Shown: in pieces, positions 42,394 through 53,002 of the stretch
Layout: each line of letters opens with the position of its first letter
How positions within the stretch are numbered: position 1 is the first letter of the stretch
NCBI GenBank assembly: GCA_963784445.1
Contig: CAWARO010000004.1
Span: 597,523 to 661,522 of the forward strand
Source of the DNA: an uncultured Acidimicrobiia bacterium
Lineage (GTDB): Bacteria > Acidobacteriota > Vicinamibacteria > Vicinamibacterales > UBA2999
Length of the DNA stretch: 64,000 nucleotides
Direction of reading: 5' to 3'
The notes under the pieces: model-generated
Told to the model about the DNA's origin: nothing
Seen by the model: the letters and a program-made list of their open reading frames with translations, nothing else
Database searches by the model: none
Position numbers and translations under genes: made by a program

Positions 42394-44800
42394 ATGTCCG
42401 ATTGGACCGCCGCCTTCACCTACGCGTTCCGCTCGCTCCGCCGGCAGCCGACCTTCGTAATCGTCGCTGTGCTGACTCTGGCGCTGGGCATTGGCGCGAA
42501 TACCGCGATCTTCAGCGTCATCAAGACCGTGATCCTGAACCCCCTGCCCTACGAGGACCCCGAGAAGATTGCCATCCTGTGGGAGGTCAATCCCGAAGGC
42601 AACCAGGGGCCGGTGTCGACCCCGACGTTCGACGACTGGAAGCGCGACGCGAAGACCTTCGAATCGATGGCCGCGTATCGGCACGTGGACTTCTCGTTCA
42701 AGGGGACGGGCGATCCGCAGAACGTGCCTGGGCTGCGCGCCACGCCGGATCTCTTCACCGTGCTCAAGAGCAACGCCGCGCTCGGGCGCACGTTTACGCG
42801 CGACGAGATGGTGTTCGGCGCCGATCGCGTGGTCGTGCTCAGCCACGGCTTCTGGTCCCGCGCGCTGGGGGCGGATGCGTCGGTAGTTGGCCGCACCATT
42901 CAACTCGACTCGGTGCCGTACACGGTGGTCGGCGTGATGCCGTCAAACTTCGAATTTCCCACCAGCACCAAGGTGGAAGTGTGGACGCCACTGGCGTTCA
43001 ATCCGAAAGACATGCACGGTGCATCGCGGCGGGCGCGGATGAATACCGTGGTGGGCCGGATTGCGCAGGGCGCCGCTGCGCCGGAGGCGCAGCAAGAGAT
43101 AGCTGTGCTCGCGGCCCGCATCGCAAGCGAATACAAAGACAGCAACGCCGGCTGGACGGCGCGCGTGATTCCAGCGCACGAGCAGCTGGTGGGCGCGTCG
43201 CGGCCGGCGCTGATGGTGCTTGATGGGGGCAGTGGGATTCCTGCTGCTGATTGTCTGCGCCAACATGGCCAACCTGCTGCTGGCGCGGCTGGCGAGCCGG
43301 CGGCGCGAGATGGCCGTGCGCGCGGCGTTGGGTGCGAGCCGTTGGGAAGTGGCGCGGCCGATCGTCGCGGAGAGCTTGATCCTTTCGGCCGCCGGTGGCG
43401 TGCTCGGACTCGTGGCCGCGTTTGGCGTGCTGCGATTGATCGCGAGCCTTCCGGAAGCGCGACTGCCACGCATCGAGGCCATGCAGCTCGATGGCGGCGT
43501 GCTGCTGTTCACGAGCGTCATCTCAATCGGCGTTGCGCTCGCGTTTGGGTTGCTGCCGGCACTGCACGCATCGCGACAGGACCTGCGCGACAACATGCAG
43601 GAGTCATCGGGATCGACCGCTAGCCCGTATGCGCGGAGGCTCTTGAGCGGACTCGTGGTGATCGAAGTCGCGCTCGCGCTCGTGCTGCTCGTGGGCGCGG
43701 GACTGATGACGCGCAGCTTCACCAAGCTGCTGCAGGTGAATCCCGGCTTCGACTCGTCGAACCTCATCGCCGCGCGCGTGCTGTTGCCGTCCACGAAGTA
43801 TCAGCGACCGACGATCGTGCGCTTCTATGAGGATGTGATCGAACGCCTGCGCCGCGCCCCGGGCGTGGTGAACGCCTCGGCCGTGTCGGCGATGCCGTTG
43901 CACGACGTGGGCGTCGCCGGCTCTTTGCCGTTCAACGTCGAAGGACAACAGCCGCCCAAGACCGAAGACCCGATGGCCGACGTCCGCATGGTGGCGCCGG
44001 GCTACTTCGAGACGATGAAGATCGAGCTGCTCGAGGGACGCTTCCTCGACGAACGCGACGACATGCCGGCGCCGAGAACCGCGCTGATCAACCAGACGAT
44101 GGCGCGGCGGTACTTCCCGGATCGGAGCCCGCTGGGACAGATCATCCAGAACCCGCACGGCAAGGCCGAGGTGGTGGGCATCGTTGCCGACGTTCATAAC
44201 CAGGGCTTGGATAGGGAGCCGAGGAAGCAGGTTTACCTGCCGCTTCGTCAGAGCCCGACCGCCGGAATGGCCGTGGTGGCGCGCACGAATCAGGACCCAG
44301 CGGCGATGGCCAACACGCTCCAGCGGGTGATCTGGGAAGTCGATCCGGGTCAGCCGATCTACGAGCTGTCGACGATGGATCAGATTCTGGCGCGGGCGGT
44401 GTTCCTGCCGCGGCTATCGACGACGTTGCTCGCGACGTTTGCGCTGGCGGCGCTGCTGCTGGCCGCGCTTGGCATCTACGGAGTGCTGTCGTATTCGGTG
44501 TCGCAGCGGACCAGGGAGATAGGTCTGCGCATGGCGCTCGGCGCATCGGGCGGCAACACCATCGCGATGATCGTGCGGAACAGCGTGATCATGGTCGCCA
44601 TTGGCGGTGTCATCGGTCTCATTGCCGCGACGCTGCTGGCGCGGTCGATGGAAGGCATCCTGTTCGGCGTGGAGCCGTTCGACGTCCCGTCATTCACGAT
44701 GGCGGCGGTCACACTGTTGATTGCAGGAGTGCTCGCGAGCCTGCTGCCGGCGCTGCGCACGACACGCGTTGATCCGGTAGTCGCGTTACGTGAACAGTAA
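42394..44800 (+). CDS. ADOP-type duplicated MacB/FtsX ABC permease; frameshift near 43222
   Basis: LALGIGANTAIFS, LLLIVCANMANLLLAR, GIYGVLSYSVSQRTREIGLRMALGA, RVDPVVALR. Confidence 0.92.
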
Positions 44801-45014
44801 GCGCGCGTAACGCGAGCAGGTGTCTCGCGCAGCGAGCTTTCGACCGAGCCGACACACGTCTTTTGACCGACAAAGCGAACGGAGGCCAAGACAGGCGCTG
44901 TTTGAGCGCGGCAGTGCGCGAGTTCGCCGAGTGCTTGGTGTGCCGAGTGAGCTTTGACCGGCGAGAGGAGACGCTCGCGGAGCGAGACACCTGATCGCGC
45001 TTAAGCGCGCTTAC
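44797..45014 (-). ncRNA. Structured intergenic repeat element, copy D
   Basis: Minus strand caggtgtctcgc/gcgagacacctg; gccggtcaaagc/gctttgtcggt; core GGCG-AACTCG..CTCAAACAG-CGCC; termini gtaagcgcgc/gcgcgcttac. Confidence 0.65.
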
Positions 45015-46517
45015 GCTATCCGCGACTGAGTCTTGTCTGCTTCAGCAGCGGCAGTCAACGGGACGCCGCTGATGCCGAGCGACTCACACTTCGCCTTCCA
45101 CTCATCGACCTTCATCGAGCCATCAGCGAGCTGGTTGAGCGGCACATGCGGCTCGAAGCGGGCGTCGCCCCTGCACACCGTGAGCGGACGGCCCGGAGCG
45201 GTGTCGATGGTCCAACCTGCTCGCAACGCTGCCGCGCCGATGGCGCACAGCAGCACGTGCTTGGTGTATTCAATCTGTTGTTCCGCGCCGGCGTCCGGGC
45301 TGTTGTGCATCTTCGCGAGCTCGGCGCCCTTCTTGATGAACCACTTCTTGTCCGACGGAATCTGATCCGCGGTCAGCGTGCCGAGCCACTTGGCGTGCTC
45401 CTGGACCATCGACGTCCACATGCTGGCGTAGACCTTGACGCCAACCTCCTCCCACTTGATCGGCTTCAGCTTCACCACCTGCTCTTTGCCGTACATGTAC
45501 TCCATCAACGCGCGGATGTGGCGTTCAGGCTCCTTGAGCATCACGGCCTTGGCGTCTCTGGGATTCTCCGATGGCTTCTGCTTGATGCGCTGCAGCGCCG
45601 CGACGCGCTCCGCAGTCGGAGGATGTGAATCGGTACTCGCCGGTGTCGACGCCGAGCGACGATTGCTTGACGTAATCCTGGAATACCTTCGCCATGTCGG
45701 GATCGGCGAGGTAGCGATCGAAACCGTCGCCCACCGGCGGCAGGAAGCCGGCGCGCATCACGGGCATCACTTCGTTATTCAGGTAACTGCCGTACGCCGG
45801 CGCGATCAGCTCGACGCGCTGCAAGGCGCTAATCGCCGGCGCCACGCCCGCCACGCGTGCGGCCGTGGCATCCGCGGCAAACTCCTGCTCACGCGACACC
45901 TGCATCGTCATGCGCATGAACATCCGGCCGTACCAGTTGAACAGCCATTGCAGGATGTTGCCGCTCAGACCCTCGAGCGCGCGGAAGATCGCGGCGCGTG
46001 TCTTGTAAATCCACGGACCAAGCGCCACGTCGCCGGCCACGAAGTGGCCGAACTCGTGCGCGATGACCGAGCGCAGCTCCGCGGGGGACAGCGCCTTGAG
46101 CAGCGGCAGACCGACGCCCATCACGCGGCGGCTGCCGAAGCCCATGAACCCGCCGCGATGGGTGACGAAGGCGTTGACCTCGCCAAGCAGGTAGACCTCT
46201 TCGGGACGCGGCTGCGAGGTGGCCTTCGCCACCTCCTCGATGATGGTGAACACGTATGGCGCGTTGGCCGGCGTCAGGCGCGGGCCGGGCGCCTCGAACT
46301 TATCGATGCGCGGCACGAGCGCCCAGAAAATGGTGCCGGCGCCAATGACGCAGAAGATGGCGAGGCGGACATGGACCCGATCGAGATGGACGTATTCGGC
46401 GTATGGAATCCAGAGCAGGCCGAAGGCAATGGCCAGCGAAAAGACATAAAAGCCGACCATCAGGAACAGCGCCATCACCGCGCGTGTGCGTAACGACCGC
46501 GACGTCTCCATGTGCAT
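45011..46517 (-). CDS. M48 family zinc metalloprotease; frameshift near 45630
   Basis: VNAFV, IAHEFGH (HExxH), SREQEFAAD, then SHP motif after the frame correction. Confidence 0.85.
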
Positions 46518-46592
46518 GCCCTCGCCTGGGGGGGCCGGTATATTTCTTTTCGGCTGTAAGCAGGGCGACCACCAGAGCCGTATGCAGCTGAT

Positions 46593-46976
46593 ATGGAACG
46601 GTTGCTAGGTCGTTATTCCCCTTACCTTTACGCACTCCTCCGAATTGTTGCCGGTTTGCTCTTCATGCAGCACGGTGTGCAGAAGCTCTTTGGCGAGCTT
46701 GGGGCGAAGGCGCCGGTCGAATTGATGTCGCAAATGGGCCTCGCGGGCATCATCGAGCTGGTCGGCGGCGCCCTGATTGCGATCGGGCTCTTTACCAGCC
46801 CGGTGGCGTTCATCGCCAGCGGTGAGATGGCGTTCGCCTATTTTCAGGCCCACGCGCCAAGAGGGTTCTGGCCCATCATGAACGGCGGCGAATTGGCGGC
46901 CCTGTACTGTTTCATCTTCCTGTACTTCGCAGCGGTTGGATCGGGTCGATGGAGCGTAGACGCGCTCAGGAAATGA
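46593..46976 (+). CDS. DoxX family membrane protein
   Basis: LRIVAGLLFMQHGVQKLFG, IELVGG, NGGELA. Confidence 0.92.
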   Translation: MERLLGRYSPYLYALLRIVAGLLFMQHGVQKLFGELGAKAPVELMSQMGLAGIIELVGGALIAIGLFTSPVAFIASGEMAFAYFQAHAPRGFWPIMNGGELAALYCFIFLYFAAVGSGRWSVDALRK

Positions 46977-47068
46977 CCTTCGCGCGTCGGTGCGTACGGG
47001 TGCGTACAGTGCGTACGGTGCCTATGGGTTAGTGCGTATACTTCGTGGCACACGTTTCGGGGGTCAAT

Positions 47069-50000
47069 ATGCCACGCCGCCTTGCCCTGGTTAGTCTTCT
47101 CCTTCTCTCCATCCTCGCCCTTAGCTCTACCGCTTTCGCACAAATCGACACTGCGACCATCGTCGGTCGCGTCGTTGACGCGAGTGGCGGGGTGCTGCCG
47201 GGCGTCACGGTGACGGCCACGCAGCAGGGATCCGGCATCGCCGCCACCTCGGTCACCAACGCCAGCGGCGAATTCATCTTTCCGGGTTTGCGCGTCGGAA
47301 CCTACGACGTGGCCGCGGAGCTGCAAGGCTTCCGGCGCACCGTCCGGGAGAACGTGCAGCTCAACGTGCAGACGCGCGCGCAGGTGGATCTGCAGTTGAG
47401 CGTTGGCGCGGTGACGGAAGTGGTGACGGTGACGGGACGCAGCGAGCTGCTCCAAACCCAAACCGCCGACATCGGCACCATCGTCGATCAGAGGCAGGTG
47501 CAGGATCTGCCGCTGCTCGGCCGCCGATATTCGGAGCTCGCCTTCCTGACTCCAGGTGTGGTGGCGGCGCCGGCGGGCATCTCGAGCCGCGGCGAAGATA
47601 CGTTCTTCAACGCCAACGGCAACTACGCGACGTGGAACAACTACACGCTCGACGGCGCGGACAACAACTCGTTCTCGACCAACCTGCAGGAGCGCAGCCC
47701 GCAAGTGGTGGCGCCGCCAGTTGATGCGCTGCAGGAATTCAAGGTGCAGACGCGCACCTATTCCGCGGAGTTCGGCAAAGCCGCGGGTGCGGTGATCAAC
47801 GCGTCTGTGAAGCAGGGCACGAACAAGTACAGCGGGTCGCTGTTCGCGTTTTTCCGAGACGAGGCGCTGAATGCGAATACGTGGGACAACAACCGCGCCG
47901 GACGTCCCAAAGGTCCTTTCAATCAGCTGATCGCCGGCGGCACGTTTGGCGGACCGATTGTCCGCGGCCGGACGTTTTTCTTCGGCGATTACCAGTCCTC
48001 GCGGACTGAGCGCTCGCTGTCGCAAACGGCGACCGTGCCGACGGCCCGCATGAAGGCCGGCGATCTGTCTGAATTGACCGGCAACATGGTGGCCAGCAAC
48101 CCGTTTGTGCCGGCGGGATGTGTCGACGCGGTGAACAAGACCGTCAACCGCTCATGTTTCGATTCGTCGGCGGCGCGGCTGCTCGACCTTTTCCCGGCGC
48201 CGAACGTGCCGGGCACGGGCTTCTTCAACAACAACTTCATCTCGAACGGCATCCTGAACAACACCGTCGATCAATTTGACGTGCGCGTCGATCATCGCAT
48301 GGGCGCCGGCAGCGACTCGCTGTTTGCGCGCTACAGCTTCCAGAACACCGATCGCCTCGAGCCGCCGGTGTTGGAGGATGCGGTGGCGTCCGGGGACTTT
48401 TCGAGCGACATCCTGAATCGTGGGCAGAGCGGAGTGGCGGGCTGGTCACGCATCTTCGGCGCCAACGTTTATAACGAGCTGCGCGGGTCGTTCAACAAAG
48501 TGCGATCCGACGTGATTCACCCGGCGTTCGGCATCGATGCGAACCCCCAGTACGGGATCAAAGGTGTGCCAACCGATCCGCGCTTCTATGGCGGCCTGCC
48601 CCACATCGCCGTCGCCCGCGTGCAGCGCATCGGCGGACCGTTCTTCCGTCCGCAGTTCCAGGATTCGCAGGTGTTCCAGCTCGCCAACAACCTGACGTGG
48701 CAGAAGGGCAGCCACGCCATGAAGTTCGGCGCCGAGTTCCGCCGCGACAACCTGAACTACATCGACCTGCGATCGCTCAACGGCGAGTTGAGCTTCACCG
48801 ACGGCCGCTACACCGGTTTCGGCTTCGGCGATTTCCTGCTGGGCCTGGCGAGCGCACAGCGGCTGACGCTGTTCCACGAGCCCGATCTCTACGCGAACGG
48901 CTGGCAGTTCTACGCGCAAGACAGCTGGCGGGCGCGCTCGAACCTGACCATCACGGCCGGCATCCGCTACGAGATGTTCACGCCGCTGCTCGATCGCAAC
49001 AACCTGCTGACCAACATCGATCCGGCCACCGGGCGCACCTTCACGGCGAAAGACGGCAGCATTTTCGACCGTGCGCTGATCCATCCCGATCGCGACGACA
49101 TCGCACCGCGCTTCGGCGTGACCTGGAGTGCGACCGACCGCGTCGTGATCCGCGGCGGCTACGGCATCTTCTACCAGCAGTTCGACCGCTACGGCAGCGA
49201 GAGCCAGCTTGGACTGAACCTGCCGCAGCTGGTGGACGCGTCGATCACCGCCAACAGCGGCACTGATGTGCCGGCCTTCACGTTCACGCAGGGCTTCACG
49301 CCGCTCAATCCCGCCACGGTGAATCCCGCGATCGTGCAGTGGCGCATCCAGGATCCCGAGCAGGACACGCCGATCGTTCAGCAATTCAGTTTCGGTCCCG
49401 AGTTCCAGTTCGCGGAGAGCATGGTGGCCGCGGTGGAATACGTCGGCAACCGCACGCGCAACGGGCGCCGGCTGCGCAACCTCAACGAAGGCATCATCAG
49501 CGGCAACACCGTGACGTTCCCGTACGCGCAGTACGGGTACGGCAACGCCTACCTCGAACAGATCGTCACCAACGGCCGCGCCGATTACGATGCGCTGCAG
49601 ATGCGCATGCAGCGGCGCATGAGCGGCGGCCTTGCGTACACGGTGGCCTACACCTGGAGCAAGGCGCTCGGCGATTTCCTCGATCACTTGAGCGCGGGCG
49701 GCGGCGCGGTTGGCAACAATCCCAGCTCCGCATACGCCATGGAGCAGGACTACGGCCTGCTCGCCTTCGACATCAAGCATCGTCTCGTGACGAGCTTCAT
49801 CTACGAGCTGCCGTTCGGTCCCGGACGCGCCTTCGATCCAGGCGGCGCGCTCGGCGCGATTGCACGAGACTGGTCGGTGAACGGCATTTTGACGCTGAGC
49901 GGCGGACGGCCGTTCACGGTCACGACCACCGACCAGGCGCAAACCGGACCGGGACGCCTGGCCCGGGCCAACTGCGTGGGAGATGCGGTGCCGGACGGCT

Positions 50001-50311
50001 TCGACCAGACGATCGATTCATGGATGGACCCGGCGGCCTTCGCCACCACCACCGTGCGGACCTACGGCAACTGCGCGAACAACACCGTACGCGGTCCGGG
50101 ATCGAAGTCGATGAACCTGTCGCTGTTCCGCTCGTTCCGTCTCGGTGCCGAGCGGCGCGCCGAGCTCCGCGTCGAGACGTTCAACCTGTTCAACTGGGTG
50201 AACTATGGATTCCCGGCGTCCAACATTTCGAACCTGGGCACCTTCGGACGCATTACCAGCAGCATCGGTGATCAGCGTGAAGTCCAGTTGGCAGTTAAGT
50301 TTTATTTCTGA
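47069..50311 (+). CDS. TonB-dependent (Oar-like) receptor with carboxypeptidase-regulatory N-domain
   Basis: GRVVDASGGVLPGVTVT, LPLLGR, QEFKVQT..YSAEFG, FNLFN, C-terminal QLAVKFYF. Confidence 0.93.
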   Translation: MPRRLALVSLLLLSILALSSTAFAQIDTATIVGRVVDASGGVLPGVTVTATQQGSGIAATSVTNASGEFIFPGLRVGTYDVAAELQGFRRTVRENVQLNVQTRAQVDLQLSVGAVTEVVTVTGRSELLQTQTADIGTIVDQRQVQDLPLLGRRYSELAFLTPGVVAAPAGISSRGEDTFFNANGNYATWNNYTLDGADNNSFSTNLQERSPQVVAPPVDALQEFKVQTRTYSAEFGKAAGAVINASVKQGTNKYSGSLFAFFRDEALNANTWDNNRAGRPKGPFNQLIAGGTFGGPIVRGRTFFFGDYQSSRTERSLSQTATVPTARMKAGDLSELTGNMVASNPFVPAGCVDAVNKTVNRSCFDSSAARLLDLFPAPNVPGTGFFNNNFISNGILNNTVDQFDVRVDHRMGAGSDSLFARYSFQNTDRLEPPVLEDAVASGDFSSDILNRGQSGVAGWSRIFGANVYNELRGSFNKVRSDVIHPAFGIDANPQYGIKGVPTDPRFYGGLPHIAVARVQRIGGPFFRPQFQDSQVFQLANNLTWQKGSHAMKFGAEFRRDNLNYIDLRSLNGELSFTDGRYTGFGFGDFLLGLASAQRLTLFHEPDLYANGWQFYAQDSWRARSNLTITAGIRYEMFTPLLDRNNLLTNIDPATGRTFTAKDGSIFDRALIHPDRDDIAPRFGVTWSATDRVVIRGGYGIFYQQFDRYGSESQLGLNLPQLVDASITANSGTDVPAFTFTQGFTPLNPATVNPAIVQWRIQDPEQDTPIVQQFSFGPEFQFAESMVAAVEYVGNRTRNGRRLRNLNEGIISGNTVTFPYAQYGYGNAYLEQIVTNGRADYDALQMRMQRRMSGGLAYTVAYTWSKALGDFLDHLSAGGGAVGNNPSSAYAMEQDYGLLAFDIKHRLVTSFIYELPFGPGRAFDPGGALGAIARDWSVNGILTLSGGRPFTVTTTDQAQTGPGRLARANCVGDAVPDGFDQTIDSWMDPAAFATTTVRTYGNCANNTVRGPGSKSMNLSLFRSFRLGAERRAELRVETFNLFNWVNYGFPASNISNLGTFGRITSSIGDQREVQLAVKFYF

Positions 50312-50336
50312 TCACGTCCGTGACAGCAACTTCCTT

Positions 50337-53002
50337 ATGGCAAAGATCCTATTAATCGCCACTATCTTGCTTGCCACCGTCGCGTTGCCACGTACAGCAA
50401 TCTGTCCCGCGTTACGAAGGGGCCGCTGAGGTGTGGCAGAAGATGCTGAAGCTGCGGACCACCGTGAGCGTGATGCACATCACCGCGCATCCCGATGACG
50501 AGCATGGCGGCGTGCTGACGAAGTTAAGCCGCGGCGATGGGGCGCGGGTGACGCTGCTGACGCTCAATCGCGGCGAATCGGGCGACAACGCCATCGGGCC
50601 GCAATTGTTCGACGCACTCGGGCTGATTCGCACCGAGGAACTGCTCGTGTCGAATCGTTATTACGGCGTCGATCAGCAGTACTTCACCACTGTGGTGGAC
50701 TACGGGTTCTCGAAGCTGCTCGAAGAAGCCCTCGGCAAGTGGGGCAGGGAGACCGTGCTTCGTGATGTCGTTCGCATCGTCCGGATGGAGCGGCCAACGA
50801 TCATCTTGTCGCGGTTCCAGGGGAGCGATCGCGACGGTCACGGCAATCACCAGGCGGCAGGACTCATGGCGCAGGAGGCGTTCCTGGCCGCCGGCGATCC
50901 ATCTCGATATCCCGAGCAGATTCGTGAGGGCCTGAGGCCGTGGTCGCCGGCGAAGGTGTATGTCGGCGGCGTTCGCGCGGACGAGGACTGGACCGTGCGC
51001 GTTGATGCTGGCGAGTACAACGCCATCCTGGGAGACTCGTACGACAACTTCGCGCGGCGTGGGCTGAGCTTCCAGCGCTCGCAGACGAGCGGCCGCTTCA
51101 CGCCGACCACCGGGCCGAATTACGGCTACTACAAACTTGCCGCCGCCGCGAGCGGCGCCTCGGTGAAGGCGGGCCGCGGCGTGAAGGAACAGTCGCTCCT
51201 GGATTCGCTGCCGCAAAACATCGAGGGCGCCATCGGCAGCTCCGGCAAACCGCTGGACGAGGCAGTGACGAGGGCCTTCGCGGAGTTTCGTGCCAACGAT
51301 CCATCCGCCAGCGTGCCCGCCCTGGTGCTGGGCCTCAAACTGACGCGCGACGTGATGGCCGCGGCCGTCGACCCACAGGTGCGGCACCTGCTCCAGATCA
51401 AGGAACAGCAATTCCAGGACGCGATCAACGCGGCGATGGGCATGGAGCTGACCGCGATGGCGCAGCCGGCCGGCATACCCGAGCCAACCGGCCCCGGGGC
51501 CGCGTTCGCGCCGCCGGCGTTGATGGCGGCGCCAGTGCCGGGACAGACGTTCGAAGTGCGGGCGCGGCTGGCGAATCGCGGCGGCGTGACCGCAGCGAGC
51601 GCGGCGATCACGATTGAGGGCGATCGCGGATGGAACGTGAGTCCGGCACCAATCACAGGCGGCCCGAACCTGGATCGTCACCAGCAGGCCACGCTGCGCG
51701 CCAGCGTCGGGCTGGCCGCCGACGCGCCGATGAGCACGCGGCCGTATTTTTTCCGCAACGGGCTGCAGGAGAGTCGCTACACACTGAACGATCCGACGCA
51801 GTTCGGTAAGCCGGTGTCGGCAGCGCCGTTACGGGCGGTGGGCCGCTACCTGATTGACGGCGTGCCAATCGAGATTCGACAAACGGTGAAGCGGCGCGAA
51901 GCGAAGTTGCCGTACGGCGACGTGCTGCGCGACGTGCGGAGCGTTCCGAGGATCGCAGTGACGGTAACGCCCGCGAATGCCATCGTGCCACTGGCGGGCG
52001 GGACTAAAGCCAGCACCCTGCATACGGTTGACGTGGAGGTGACCCTTCTTCACAACGCGGAGGAACCTTCCAACGGCCAGGTCACCTTGCGTGTTCCTGA
52101 CGGATGGACCGCGAAACCTGCGTCGCAGGCGTTCTCGTTCGTGCGATCGGGAGAGCGGACGTCCTTCCGGTTCGCCGTCCGTCCCGGCACGATGAGCGCG
52201 CAGGCCTACGAAATCAGTGCGTTGGCGATCGACGGGCTCGGCGAATATCGCGAAGGCTACGAGCTGATCGATCACCGCGACCTCGAAGTCCGTTATCTCT
52301 ATCGTGACGCGACCACGACGGTGCGGGGCGTGAATGTGACCACGGTGGCGGGATTGAAGGTGGGCTACGTGATGGGCGTCGGCGACCAGGTGCCGCAGGG
52401 ATTGCAGCAACTCGGCGCCCAGGTAACGCTGCTTGCCGAGCGCGAGCTGGCGTCGGCTGATTTGTCCCAGTACGACACGATCATGACCGGCACGCGCGCC
52501 TATGCAGTGCGTGACGATCTCAAGACCTACAATGCCCGCTTGCTCGAGTACGTGCGCAACGGCGGCAACATGGTGGTGCTCTACAACACGCAGGAGCTGG
52601 TGCCGAACACGTTTGCGCCGTTTGCCGGGCGAGTTGCCGCGCAGCGCCGAGGAAGTGTCGGAAGAAGATTCGCCGGTGACCATCCTCGCGCCCACCCATC
52701 AATCGTTCACCTGGCCGAACCGGATCACGAGCGCCGATTTCGACGGCTGGGTCGAGCAGCGCGGATCGAAGTTCTTCACCAAGTGGGACGCGTCGTATAC
52801 GCCGATGATCGCGACGTTCGACAAAGGACAGGCGCCGCAAAGCGGCGGATGGTTGACCGCGCGAGTCGGTAAAGGAACGTGGACCTACTTTGCTTACGCG
52901 CTACATCGGCAGCTGCCGTATGGCGTGTCAGGCGCCTACCGCATTACCGCCAACCTGCTTGCGCTGAACAAACAGCCGGTAGGCAACAACCCCCGCCAGT
53001 AG
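50337..53002 (+). CDS. Secreted PIG-L/LmbE family deacetylase with NEW3/Ig-like and glutamine-amidotransferase-like domains; frameshifts near 50370 and 52630
   Basis: TAHPDDE, RGESG, RTEEL, DGHGNH; C-terminal GWVEQRG...RQLPYGV.GAYR..ANL. Confidence 0.88.

Noticed and set aside
27196-44990. Similar-looking short ORFs overlapping the structured elements (27196..27624, 29863..30156, 30180..30485, 44709..44990)
   Set aside because: The similarity comes from the DNA repeat; frames and starts differ between copies A/B and C/D, and substitutions preserve pairing rather than codons.
27444-45014. Integron attC sites as the identity of the structured repeats
   Set aside because: No consistent RYYYAAC/GTTRRRY ends across copies, no integrase, mixed orientations and a branched rather than single-hairpin fold.
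52928-53002. 75-bp convergent overlap of PIG-L and APC genes as a regulatory feature
   Set aside because: Short 3' overlaps are common, and an indel error could have extended one of the ORFs.
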